This document shows, in pieces, positions 1-12,329 of a stretch of 64,000 nt of DNA. The first letter of the stretch is position 1; the number at the start of each line of letters is the position of its first letter. This stretch comes from Paragordius varius (taxonomy: Eukaryota > Animalia > Nematomorpha): assembly GCA_964247055.1 (NCBI GenBank), contig OZ176056.1:5580001-5644000 (forward strand), written 5' to 3'. The position numbers and the translations under genes are program-made. A model generated the notes under the pieces. That model worked only from the letters and a program-made list of their open reading frames with translations. It did no database searches and was not told the DNA's origin.

Positions 1-363
1 TTTTCCCAGTTAATTATTCCAAATTAAAAACTAAAATGGAAGAAATATTTTTTTAACAATTATTATAAAAAAAAGTTTCGATTGATTTCAAAAAGCACCA
101 TATTTTTACAGGTGAACACAAATGACTAGGTGGGCCGCATTTATATATATAAATATTTTATTGGATCATGAACATAAGACTGTTAAATGCAGAAACACAA
201 TATAACAATTTTTCTAATTTACATTTAAAACAATATGATAATATAAACTTATTCAGAAAATTTGTTTAGCAAATACATCAATTTTACTATGATTTTTTAG
301 GGATATTTTTGCCGAAAAAATAATTACCAAATATAATGAAATAAAAAAACCTAATAGACTCAC

Positions 364-621
364 CATTATGGGACTTAATTTGACGGGGAGAAGCAAATAA
401 ATTAGTGGAGATGAACGAATTATTTAATTTGGCTTTAAAGACAAAACATTCCAACGTATTCCATTCATTGTTACATTGGCCCCAAGGCAAGGGTCTTTCA
501 AAAGCGGCAATCAAATAAAACAGTATTATAGCAAGGAGCAAATTAAATGATGTACTCCCAATCATAGTTAACAACACTGTCCCGATTCCAACGCCTTAAA
601 GGTAAAATAAAAATATGTACA

Positions 622-656
<35 letters not shown>

Positions 657-1276
657 ATTTAATCTTTCATGACTATATAATAACCTTTGTTACAGTTTTC
701 GGGTGTAGCGTGCTTTTATTTTACAGTAAAAATTGAAATACGAAACGTAATAATATAAAGACAAATATTTTTTTAAAAAAACCCAACGCCTTAAGTTAGC
801 AAAGTATGATAAGTGTTGTATATTTAAAACACAACAATTATATATTTTACGATTGTAATCAAAGCTATATAGGAAAGTTTCAAGAAGCTGTTGTAGATCG
901 TTTTGTGTATCAGCGAGTAAGACGGTATCGTCAACGTATTTAAGGTTATAAATTATTTCTTCGCCTAGTTTTACACCGATATGATTATGAGTGTGTCTAA
1001 CTTGGACCTGATATGTTCGGTGTAGATATTAAATAATAGGGGTAAACCGAACCAATCAGAGGTACCGTGTGCTGTTTAAATATATACCTCAGTGTTGCTG
1101 TATAAAGATTTTATTATTTGAATGAGAACAGGTGCAACAGCTCCTAAAAAAATAAAAATATCATCTTGAGAGTCAATCTCATCATGGCCTCTAAATTATA
1201 TTGGTAGAAACCAAAGTCATATCGAATGAGGCCACATGCTTAATCAAAATGGGCATAGTTTAGAAACATTAAACAA

Positions 1277-1312
<36 letters not shown>

Positions 1313-3952
1313 TAAAATTACAAAAACTGAAAGTTAAAGAAGACTTGTTAAAGCCAGGGATAAAAATGAAATAATATCGCAAGATATAGTCTTCACGAAA
1401 AATAATTAAAACAAGCAAAAAAATTTAAATACCATAATATTCCCATTCACAACCTATGGCTGGGAAAGCTGGGTATGAAAAAATTCTGACTAAAAAAATT
1501 ATGCAAACTTTTGAGCAAAGTTGCTGAAGAATGCTACTTGGTAAAAAAAGTGGACGGACAAAATTTATTAATAAATGAATCCGCAATACAATCAACCCTA
1601 GGACTAAACTACTTCAAATAATAACAACATGGAAATTAGGCTACTTAAGCCATGCCATCCGCAATAACAAATTGGAGAAAACAATCATGCTGGGCCAGGT
1701 AGAAGGTAAACGTAAAAGGAGCAGACTCAGAAAAAGATGTTCAAAACATTTAACAAAAGACACCGACCTCACACTTCTCCAATTTTATTAATTAATCCTT
1801 AGACACGGAAAATTTGTCGATGAAGTTTAGCAAAAAGTGAGTATTAACTACGGTGTCAATCATTCATATAGGATAAAATTAAGGTTTACAAAAGTATAGC
1901 TGTCTTTTGAAAAAAAATATTTGTCTTTATATTATTACGTTATTTTTACTGTAACTATTATCAATTTTAAACTAATTCAAGCACTTTTTGGCTTTTTAAA
2001 TGTGGCCTAGTTTTAGTCTCGTTACTGAATTATTTGCTAATACAAATACTGATTTGTGGGTATTTTTGAACCCGTTTTGAAGATGCACAAGTTTTTTTTG
2101 TCACATTCAAGGATATGATAAAGAGTTACTTAAAAACAATTTTTTTGTTGATAAACTTTCTGAAAATTTTTTTGTAGTTGTTAGGTTTAAATTATCCTGA
2201 AATTCACTTCATACGGAAGTTTTATGGATATATATGTATATGGCGGGCACCTTATTGAAATTACAATTAAATTTTTAGTCAAATCCTGATATGTTCAATA
2301 AAAATTTATAAATCCTTTTTCTCTCATGTAATATAACACACTAAATAATGGATTAATTATTTGATCCCTACTACGTAAATTATACAAAAGAGTTAATATA
2401 TTATTAAATCACAAACGATACAGATATATATACAAATTATTTGGGTCATTAAATAAAATCAATAAATATAGCTTAAGATTTTACATAAAAATTAGCAATG
2501 CAATGTTCAGCCTATGATAGGGTATATATATATATGAACAAATAAAATTTTAAAATACAAATGGAAATTATTTAAATTTGGTTAAAAAACATAGTTTCAG
2601 AATTGGATTTTAGCAAAAAATTAAATTAACTCACTATTTCCGATTATTTCATCAATTTTAAGTTCTACGCCTATTATTAAAAACTAATATTTCTCGTCCA
2701 AATTTATCAACAATATTCTTTCATATTGAGAAAAGAAATGTCATTCGTTTGTTATAACACTGAAATAAACATAGACTTTAGGTAGGCAAATTATGTATGA
2801 GTATATATGTAATTCAAAAACCATTTAGAAGAGTTATTCATTTATATTATTATTATAATACATTGTTAAATAATATCGCTATAATTGTTTCAATGTTTAG
2901 AATATTTATTAAAATTCAACTTTTTTTATAAAATTTTTTTAGTATTATCTATATTTTTTTGAAATAGTTCAGGGGTAAGTTAAATTAATAGGTACTAAAG
3001 CGTTATTAATATATTTAAATTATTAGTTGCGCATGTAAAATTTAGATCCATATACCAAAATATTTTTAAAATAAAAATAATTATTAATATAATTTTGTAT
3101 ATTAAAGCTTAATAAGATATTCATAAGCATAAAATTGTATAACCTATACCACCTATTTTTTACATATATATAAAATATCGATTTGTTCAAATATCAAGTC
3201 AAAATTAAAATGCGCTTCAAAATGTATGTTATCAAATAAATTATTGGTTTGAATTAAGTCCGTTCCAATCTAAAACAATAATATTATTATAAATATTTTA
3301 GTATCATTAACAAATTATACAACCTGAGATGACGTTTATTATACATAATGTATTTAGGCATTTTTAGTATTTTATTTTTTAATGTCATGATTATGAAACA
3401 AAAAATGTTATTTATTATAATAAATAATATATATTTATATATCATAAAATTTGTACCCAAAAAACAGTACATATTTGGTTATTTGATACTTACGTACATT
3501 TATATAATATATGTATACATTAATAATATTAAAAAGAATATAATTAACCTTATGCATACATATGGTGTTATACAAAAAATATAACCTTTAAATAACGGAC
3601 AAAAATTCCATACATGTATTGCACCTTTGCTTGAAAATTGACCTAGTGCGACTTCAAGAAAAAATAAAGGTATACCACACACAAAAAGCATAAGCCAATA
3701 CGGAATTAAAAATGCCCCTATATATATAAAAATATGTGAACCTCCACCATTTCGATAACATAAGTAGGGAAATCGCCATATATTACCTAAACTCACGGCA
3801 TATCCAATGAGCGATAGGACAAACTCAAAATGATTGCTCCAAACGTGCCTCTTTTTATCTTCTAGATTGGGTAATCTTGGTTGAATAACTTTTATAGTTT
3901 CATCTTTAGGCTTAAGCAAATTTTCATCAACTAAAACCTCTTTTTTAGACAT
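364..3952 (-). CDS. SLC6 (NSS) Na+/Cl- dependent neurotransmitter/amino-acid transporter, GABA/glycine/proline-like; 5' three exons only
   Basis: Exons 3952-3742, 3717-3586 and 594-364 (last donor GTGAGT, tentative) join in phase. They give [40 protein letters not shown]...LGQF...[13 protein letters not shown]...[12 protein letters not shown] (TM1-TM3 and EL2 cysteine motif). The rest of the gene lies left of the window. Confidence 0.93.
723..1952. mobile_element. Tc1/mariner-type MITE (CAGTAAAAA ends) expanded by nested insertions
   Basis: 723-780 and 1890-1952 are inverted copies (CAGTAAAAATTGAAATACGAAACGTAATAATATAAAGACAAATATTTTTT). The same family occurs at about 22230-22415 and 45008-45258. 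Confidence 0.55.
1430..1790 (+). mobile_element. RTE LINE 3' fragment, degraded
   Basis: Broken frames read TTYGWESW...[25 protein letters not shown], matching the C-terminus of the RTE at 56523-57032. Confidence 0.75.
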
Positions 3953-4869
3953 AATTAAAATTTAAAATTTTATATCACATGATTAAATGATATTGTAGAA
4001 TTCATATGGATAGATTGAAAGTTTAGTTTTATTAGCATACTTTTTTATTTAGTTTTACTCAAAAAGAGTCGTGATCCCCGAGCGATTTAAAATAATAGTT
4101 AAAAAAGTTTTAACGATAGCTTTTAAACGCGTTTTATGATTTTGTTTAAAAATATATTATACAAAAACGTGATCTCAAACTTTTTTCTAAATCGAATATA
4201 TTAAATGTATATTAAGGTATGAATATAATAGTAGCTTTTAAGGTTCTATACGAGAAAAATGCTTATTGATTTAAAAATCAGTTGTTATTAACAGTGATTT
4301 GGGGCAATTTTAGACTCTAAAAATCGCTAAATGTTTCGATAAAAGCGTTTTATCTAGTTGTTTAGTTGATAAATTTTAGAATAAACAGTAGTTTATTTAC
4401 AGAAATCTATGATAAAAAAATTACCCGAATATGTTATCACGAACAAAAACGTGGAACGGTCATAAAGTATGTAAATGATAATCCAAATTAACACTGATTT
4501 TAATGGAAACTACTGTAAATGACTCTTTGTAACTAACCTTAAAATAATCGTGAAATATCGGAAGCGCGATAATAGTTTTTCATATAATACTGCCTTCGAA
4601 TCGGATGGTATGAAAAATAAATTGTTAAAATATATATTCCGATAGGATAAGGATTATAATGATGATTTTACCTTTGGTGTTACGACTGATATAATGAAGT
4701 TATTTACACATTTGTGGTAAGAGCTCCATATAAGAAAATGACAAAATTTGCGCTTTGTTTTAAAAATTTTGATGAAAACTAAATACTTTCTTCCGAAAAA
4801 TATTTAAATATGTCATTTTTCTACCTCTAAAAAGACAAAACAATATTTTTAAAAGATTATTTGTGGGGT

Positions 4870-5740
4870 ACAAAAATCCCAAATTTTTTTGATCTTCTAA
4901 AATGGCTATCTAAGAATTAACAGAAAAATGCCCGCGTAACAAGGCAACAATTAAGATCGTGCGGTTTTTTAAATTAGCCGTTAATTAAGCCCTTCACACC
5001 CTGAAAAATGCGCCACCATTAAAAAACTTTTTGTTTTTGAGGCAATTCTTCGAAAATCCCACTAGAGCATATGGAATCAGTCATGATTCCAGGTATTACC
5101 CGAATTAAGGCAATAATTTTAAATGAGAGTTTTTTGTTTCGCCCCTGGTTAGGGGGCTACTCGCATAAAACTGCGACACCATATCGATACAGCATGCCTT
5201 TGGACCCAAATTTCAGAATTTGTGTCTAATAGGAACATATGGAATCCATGTTAATTCCCATATAAAGGAAAAAATATGCTCAACGCTTTTTTATACCTAA
5301 CCCTGGATAAGGGGCTACCCGCGCGCCACTAAAATTGCGTTGTTTTGGAGCTAATTTACAGAAAATGTATGAAGCCATATGAGTTCATTAAAAGCTTGAA
5401 ATATTATCCTTAACTAGATAAAAAATGTTAGGCGTTTTTAATCAGCCGTTAATTTGGGGCCTTTAATACACCATCATATATCGATTATTTAGTGTTGAGG
5501 TATTTTTTCGAATAATCCTTGAGACGATGGTATCAAAGATGATTCCAATTTGCCCTATAAAGGCAAAGAATTTAACTCAGCGCTTTTCCTTAAAGAGCTA
5601 TGGGTAGGGGTTTATCGGTTTAAAACTGAGGCGTATACAAAAATGGTGTGGTTTTGAAACTCATAAAAAACTTAAGAAGACATACGAGTTCAGTTAAACA
5701 CATTTCTGGCCCTTAAAAAGGGACCAAAAATGAGTTACTT
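4870..5740. repeat. Dispersed repeat with about three ~170-250-bp internal subunits
   Basis: Recurring catatggaatc...attcc...ccctgg..agggg(c)tac...aaa(a)ctg blocks. A reverse-complement copy lies at about 60640-61100. Confidence 0.5.
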
Positions 5741-5749
5741 TTTATATCA

Positions 5750-6035
5750 CTTCCCAGCTGTGTGAACACAATTTCACAATAAAACTTATAGCCATAATTT
5801 CGTAATTCAAAAATCTTAAATTAAATATAATGATTATATATTAACTTTCATATGGGACAGTTAAAATATGGTCAATTTAGAAAGCCTATGCAAAATCCCG
5901 TAAAAGAATAATTTATGAGATTTTTTTATTTAATATGTTTTTCATTATTTTATCTCCATTACCTCTATTTATTGCAAATTATTAAGAATAATTGTTGAGA
6001 CTATGTCACAGCGAAGCGTTACAGGGCCAGCTAGT
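5750..6035. mobile_element. Helitron/Helentron-type non-autonomous element (tentative)
   Basis: Ends in cacagcgaagcgttacagggccagCTAGT. The short inverted pair gctgtg/cacagc lies near the ends. A similar actagctgaccc terminus occurs at about 60378. Confidence 0.4.
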
Positions 6036-6529
6036 ATATTATATAAATGTTCACTAGAATTGGTTAAATTATATTTGACACATAAAATGGCTTTCAGAGT
6101 TTAATATTTAATTTTGAATTTTTGGTGTCCACACTTGATTTACTGTAGAAAAAACGCGTTCAACACAGGCTTAGTTCCAAATAAAGAGAGTGCAAATTCC
6201 ACAATTTTAAAATATTATTTTTAGGTATGTAATTTGCTTCAAAATGAAAAATTTCCAACTATTTTCCTCTACTGTTATTTTTTCTGATGCCTCCTTATAA
6301 ATATATTATTTAACCAATTAAAAAGTTCATTTCAGAAATATTAATATTTGGGAATTTTAAAGAAATATAATCAAAGGATTTTTGAATATTCATATAAATT
6401 TACAAAGTCAATACAGTACCTTAACATTTATGAGCACCCGAATCATTGTAGTACCACAATTAATTTATCTTGGTAGTCTAATTAACACTTCTAACAATAG
6501 CCCCAGACATTTATAGCAATTGGTAAAGT

Positions 6530-6900
6530 TAATATGATATAAATGCCTTGAAATGTGGTGCTGGAGAAAATTACTACAGATAAATAGGAAAAAAATTAAA
6601 AATAGACGTCCTCGAAAACATTAAACTTGAAATATCCTTACACGGCTTATACCTTAAAATGTAATCATCTTACTTCGGCCACATCACTAGAGCCAAAAAC
6701 TTGGAGTATCAGATTATGTCGGGCAAAGTTGAAGGCCCAAGTAAACGTAGCAGATGTAAAATGCGTTGGATGGATAATTTAACTAAAGAAACCAAACTAT
6801 CAATGCAACAGTTGATAGCCATCAACCCAACCGTACAATATGGCGTTACTACGCATACGAAATAACGACAAATCGAACACAATCTTAGCTGCAACAACAA
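6530..6900 (+). mobile_element. RTE LINE 3' fragment, degraded
   Basis: LEMWCWRKLL...YFGHITRAKNLEYQIMSGKVEGPSKRSRCKMRWMD, typical RTE C-terminal motifs. Confidence 0.75.
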
Positions 6901-7063
6901 TTTCTAGTTAATTTGTTGAAGACTCCGATTTTGTGAACTACGGTACATAAATATAAGTGGAATTTAGTGGATATTTGTTATAGTATGATTATTTGTTAGT
7001 AAAAATCTTCGTTTAGATGTATTTATGGTTAATTTTTGGCAAATTACCACTTGAAATAGTATA

Positions 7064-10000
7064 CCGTTTCCCAGTCAACATAAACGTTTTCCCAGTCAAT
7101 CGAAACATTTTCCCAGTCAATCAAAACGTTTTCCCAATCAATAAAAACGTTTTCCCAGTCAATACAAACGGTTTTATTTTTGATGATAAATATCAAAACA
7201 AGTAACTTTTAACCATTATCAGAGTAATATATGGATATTAAACACAACTATTGAATTACATTTTTTCCAAGTATATTCCACGCACAATCATTAATGACTT
7301 ATTCTTCAAAGGTTATATTTTTGGAATTTGAGATTAAGAAAATATTTTTTATTTTATAGATTCGCATTAATATTTGCGGATATCTATTGTTACGAAATGA
7401 TAAAATTTATAAAAATATACCATTTTTATCCCAAAGGTCATTTAACACTTCATATTAAATCTTAATAAATTTTACCCTAATTTGATAATATTTATTTTTT
7501 GTTCATCGGCGGCCTAAGGCGACCTTCCGAGAATCTTTGTGCGGCCCGCGAAAAAATTTAGAAATCCATATGCAAAAATATGCCCACAAAATCTTAGTAA
7601 TACTCATATTTCTCACGCAATTATTATGAATGAGTCTATTAAATTGGTAACGAATTAAAAAAACGTTATATTGTGTTTGTATTTTACAGTCTAATTAATC
7701 GAATAATTATGTGAATGCCCGTATATATTTCGAATGCGGAACGGTGAGGTTTTTTGAGTTAAAAATGCGGCCCGCGAAGGCATTTAGTTGGACAATCTTG
7801 TTTTAGTCAAATATCATTTTTATTAAATATTTTTAAATCAAAAACATTTTTATCAAAATTTTCGTTTAGATTTTTTTCCGACAGTAATTTTATCGACAGA
7901 CATATTTAAAAACTGTTGTGAAGCGTTCCGCAAAGATTAATGCGAACCATCGATAAAATAAAAAATTATTTTAAAAACATCTCAAATTCCAAAAATATAA
8001 TTTTTAAAGAATAAGTCATTAATGATTGTGCACTGGAATATACTTGGAAAATTGTCATTCAATAATTGTGTTTTTAATTAAAAATAATCTTAAAATATTA
8101 CGCTGATAATGGTTAAAAGTTGATTTCATATTCTTGTATTGATAATCATCAAAAAGAAAACCGTTTTTATTGACTGGGAAAATGTTTTGATTGAGTGGGA
8201 AAACGTCTCAATTGATTGCGAAAATGTTTCAATTGACTGGGAAAACGTTTATTTTGACAGGGAAATGGTATAGCTAATTTAGAGTTGTCATGGGGTATGC
8301 TATTGCCCCAATTTAAAACGTTTATAAGGTACAGTACAATATCAACAATGGACAAAAAATATTAACTTTAATATACCATTTCCCAGTCTAAATAAACGTT
8401 TTCCCAGTCAATCGAAACATTTTCCCAGTCAATCGAAACGTTTTCCCAGTCAATCGAAACGTTTTCCCAGTCAATAAAAACGGTTTTATTTTTGATGATA
8501 AATATACTTTTAACCATTATCAGTGTAATATTCGGATATTATTTTTTATAAAATCACAATTATTTAATGACAATATTTCCTATATATTCCAATACACAAT
8601 CATTAATAATTTATTCTTTAAAAGCTATATTTTATTAACTGGAAGAATATTTTATGGTTTGTAAGTATTTTTAAGAAAATATTTAATAATTTTTTTATTT
8701 TATCGATGGATCGCATTAATATTCGAGGCTAACTTTTAAAGTCTATAGTTACGGGTAATAAAATTTATAAAAATATACCATTTTTATCTTAAATTGGTCA
8801 GTTAACACTTCAAATTGGATCATAAACATGTCGAATTGTCTAAAAAATACTGTCGGAAAAAAATTTGAACAAAACATGGTTTTAAATATGTTTTTCATTT
8901 AAAAATATTTTATAAAAAAGGATATTCTACCACAATGGCTTTGCGGGCCGCATTTTTAACTCAAAAAGCACTGCGTTCCGAATTCGTATTTTATAAGGAC
9001 ATTCATAAATAATTTATTCGATCTTAACCATAAGACTGTCAAGTACAAACACAATATATTTTTTAATTCGTCGTCAATTTTATAGACTCATTCAGAATAA
9101 TAGCGTAAGAAATATGAATTTTACTAAGATCTTGTGGGCAAATTTTTGCATTGGATTTCTAAATTTTTTGCGGGCCGCACAAAGATCGATGAACCAAATG
9201 AAATATAAAAAATAGGGTAAAATTTATGTTTAACCAATATGAAGTGTTAAATGACCAATTTGAGATAAAAATGATATATTTTTATAAATTTTATTATCCG
9301 TAACTATAGACTTTAAAAGTTAGCCTCGAATATTAATGCTATCCATCGATAAAATAAAATTTTTTTTAAATATTTTCTTAAAAATACTTACAAACCATAA
9401 AATATTCTTCCACTTAATAAAATATAGCTTTTAAAGAATAAATTATTAATGATTAAGTATTGGAATATATAGGAAATATTGTCATTAAATAATTGTGATT
9501 TTATAAAAAAATAATATCCTAATATTACGCTGATAATGGTTAAGTTATTTTTCTATCTTGTTTTGATACTTATCCTCAAAAATAAAACCGTTTTTATTGA
9601 CTGGGAAAACGTTTTTATTGATTGGGAAAATGTTTTTATTGATTGGGAAAATGTTTTTATTTTTGATGATTAATATATTAAAACAAGAATATAAAAACAA
9701 CTTTTAATAATTATCAGCGTAATATATGGATATTATTTTTAAAAAAACACAATTATTGAATGACAATTTTTTCCAAGTATATTCCAGTGCACAATCATTA
9801 ATGACTTATTCTTTAAAAGTTATATTTATGGAAAGATATTTTTAATATAATATTTTTTATTTTATCGATGGTTCGCATTAATCTTTGCGGAACGCTTCAC
9901 AATATTTTTTAAATATGTCAAGTTTGCCGTAAAAATACTGTCGGAAAAAATGTATAAACGAAAAATTTTTTTGATAAAAATGTTTTTGGTTTAAAAATAT

Positions 10001-10822
10001 TTAATAAAAAGGATAATGCCTTTGCGGACCGCATTTTTAACTCAAAAAGCACGGCGTTCCGCATTCGAAATATATACGGGCATTCACATTCTTATTCGAT
10101 TAATTAGACTGTAAAATACAAACAGAATATAACGTTTTTTTAAATCGTTACCAATTTAATAGACTCATTCATAATAATTGCGTAAGAAATATGAGTATTA
10201 CTGAGATTTTGTGGGCATAATTTTGCATATGGATTTCTAAATTTTTTGCCGGCCGCACAAAGATACTCGGAAGGCCACCTTAGGCCCCCGATAAACCAAA
10301 TAATAATTATTATAAAATTAGGGTAAAATTTATGTTTGAGATCCAATATGAAGTGTTAAATGACCTTTGAGATAAAAATGGTATTTTTTATAAATTTTAT
10401 TATTTCCTCCGTAACTATAGATTTTTTAAGTTAGCCGCAAATATTAATGCGAACCATCGATAAAATAAAAAATATTATATTAAAAACATCTCGAATTCCA
10501 AAAGTATAACTTCTAAAGAATAAGTCATTAATGATTGCGCACTGGAATATACTTGAAAGAATTGGCATTCAATAATTGTGTCTTTATAAATAATAATATC
10601 CATATATTACGCTGATAATGGTTAAAAGTTGTTTTTATATTCTTGTTTTAATATTTATCATCAAAAATGAAACCGTTTTTATTGACTGCTAAAACGTTTT
10701 TATTGAATGGGAAAATGTTTCGATTGACTGGGAAAACGTTTCGATTGACTGGGAAAACGTTTCGGATGACTAGGAAAATGTTTCTATTGACTGGGAAAAC
10801 GTTTATTTTGATTGGGAAATGG
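7064..10822. mobile_element. Array of three foldback-like ~1.2-kb elements with long TIRs ending in 21-bp tandem repeats
   Basis: Copy A is 7064-8268 (flanked by TATA on both sides). A tandem dimer runs 8376-~9660-10822 with its cores inverted relative to A. Terminal arrays use the unit TTTTCCCAGTCAATCGAAACG; arms are 330-450 bp; the core carries gcggcccgc motifs. Confidence 0.85.
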
Positions 10823-11229
10823 TATGTGAAAAAACCTACCTAAGCGGGCATTTTTAATATTTAAAAAATATTAGGTTTGAGCTAATTGAAGCAGTTTTAT
10901 GGATATTTGTTTCAAAAAACTAACTTAAATTATTGAATTTCCAAGTTAAGCCATAAGTTAGTAAAATAAATTAATCACTATTTCAAAAATGCCGCCTCAT
11001 AGTTTTTTATAAGAATATGGCAATTAATTAAGTAGTCTTGGAATTTATATTTCATGAAAAATTTATCCCCGAATTTATCATTTGCTCATCTTATAAAAAA
11101 GTTGATTTTTTTTTCTTAAAATATTTGGATGACGCTCAAATCTTTGGAAACTAAATTATATATTGTCCTTATTAACTTTTCAACTGAATACTGCATATTA
11201 TGGTTTATTAATTTGTTAATATATCATTT

Positions 11230-11925
11230 ACGCTTTAAGAGTTGCCTTTAACACCTCAAGTCGGTCCTTAGCACTTCAAGTTGGTTCTAGAACACTTCAA
11301 GTCGGTCATTTAACAGTTTAAGTTTTACCTTCAACTTTTTTAAATATCTTTTTAACTTTTATCAATCACACCATGTACGATAAATATATGCCCTTTGCAC
11401 CTCAAGAGTGTCCTTGAACAGCTCGAGTCGAGTTAGTCCAAAATTTCAAGTTAAACCTTGAGCACTTCAAGTTTCTCCTTGAACACTTCAAGTTGGTCCT
11501 ATAAATTTTAAATTAGGATTTTACCAAAAATTTTAAATGTATTTTTTATTTTATTATTTTTTAACCTAATTTTTCTTATTTATTATATATTTATTCCTTT
11601 TAAAATAAAATATTTCATTAAAAAACCACTTTTTTTGATTTAAACTAAATTTTTCCAATTGAACAAAATTATTAATTTATAAATGTTTTTAATGAAAACT
11701 TGTAATTAATAACCCACCTCTATAATTTTTAATTACATGTTTGAAATCATAATAAAATGTTATATATATTTTAATATAAAGAATAGATTGTTTCTGAATG
11801 ATTAAAAGTTGATAGAATTAAATTAATACACGAGTCGATTGATAGAAATTAAATACAAAACAAAGTTAAAGGACCAACTTAAAGTGTTCAAGGACCATAT
11901 TGCAGCGTTCAAGGACACTCATGAA
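11230..11925. mobile_element. Non-autonomous TIR-type element with ~21-bp subterminal repeats (CCTTGAACACTTCAAGTTGGT)
   Basis: Direct arrays at 11245-11330 and 11390-11500, inverted array at 11870-11925. Related remnants at about 25215-25480, 47524-47768 and 48960-49005. Confidence 0.55.
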
Positions 11926-11948
11926 GCTGAAATAGTATATATCAAATA

Positions 11949-11980
<32 letters not shown>

Positions 11981-12329
11981 TTAATTTCAAAAACAATCTT
12001 TGTTATATCATCCCAGCATAAAAAGTCCATTATTTAAAAATTATTTAAGATATTTGCTTTTGAAACCTGATGTATTTTGCCTTTTAGGCGCATTTTTTAA
12101 TAAAACGTAGACATCGTTATAAGAGTGTAATGTGTTGGTTTATTTTGTGAAAAAAGTCGCAGTTAGGAATTTTATAATCAATATTGGCTGAATGATAAAC
12201 GACAATCGAAGATAAAATAATGAGTTTTTTATAATAAAGCAATTATTTTAGATATTTTTACTTTAGTACTGTGCTAAAACTTTTTAAAACACACAACTGA
12301 TTTTAGATCCGTTGAATAATACTAGGAAA

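Noticed and set aside
7064-7170. 21-bp direct repeat arrays as CRISPR-like
   Set aside because: The units are contiguous with no unique spacers, they form the termini of inverted-repeat elements, there are no cas genes, and the context is eukaryotic.
7017-10346. ORFs 7017-7205, 8167-8355 and 10140-10346
   Set aside because: They are translations of repeat arrays or MITE cores, with no splice or homology support.
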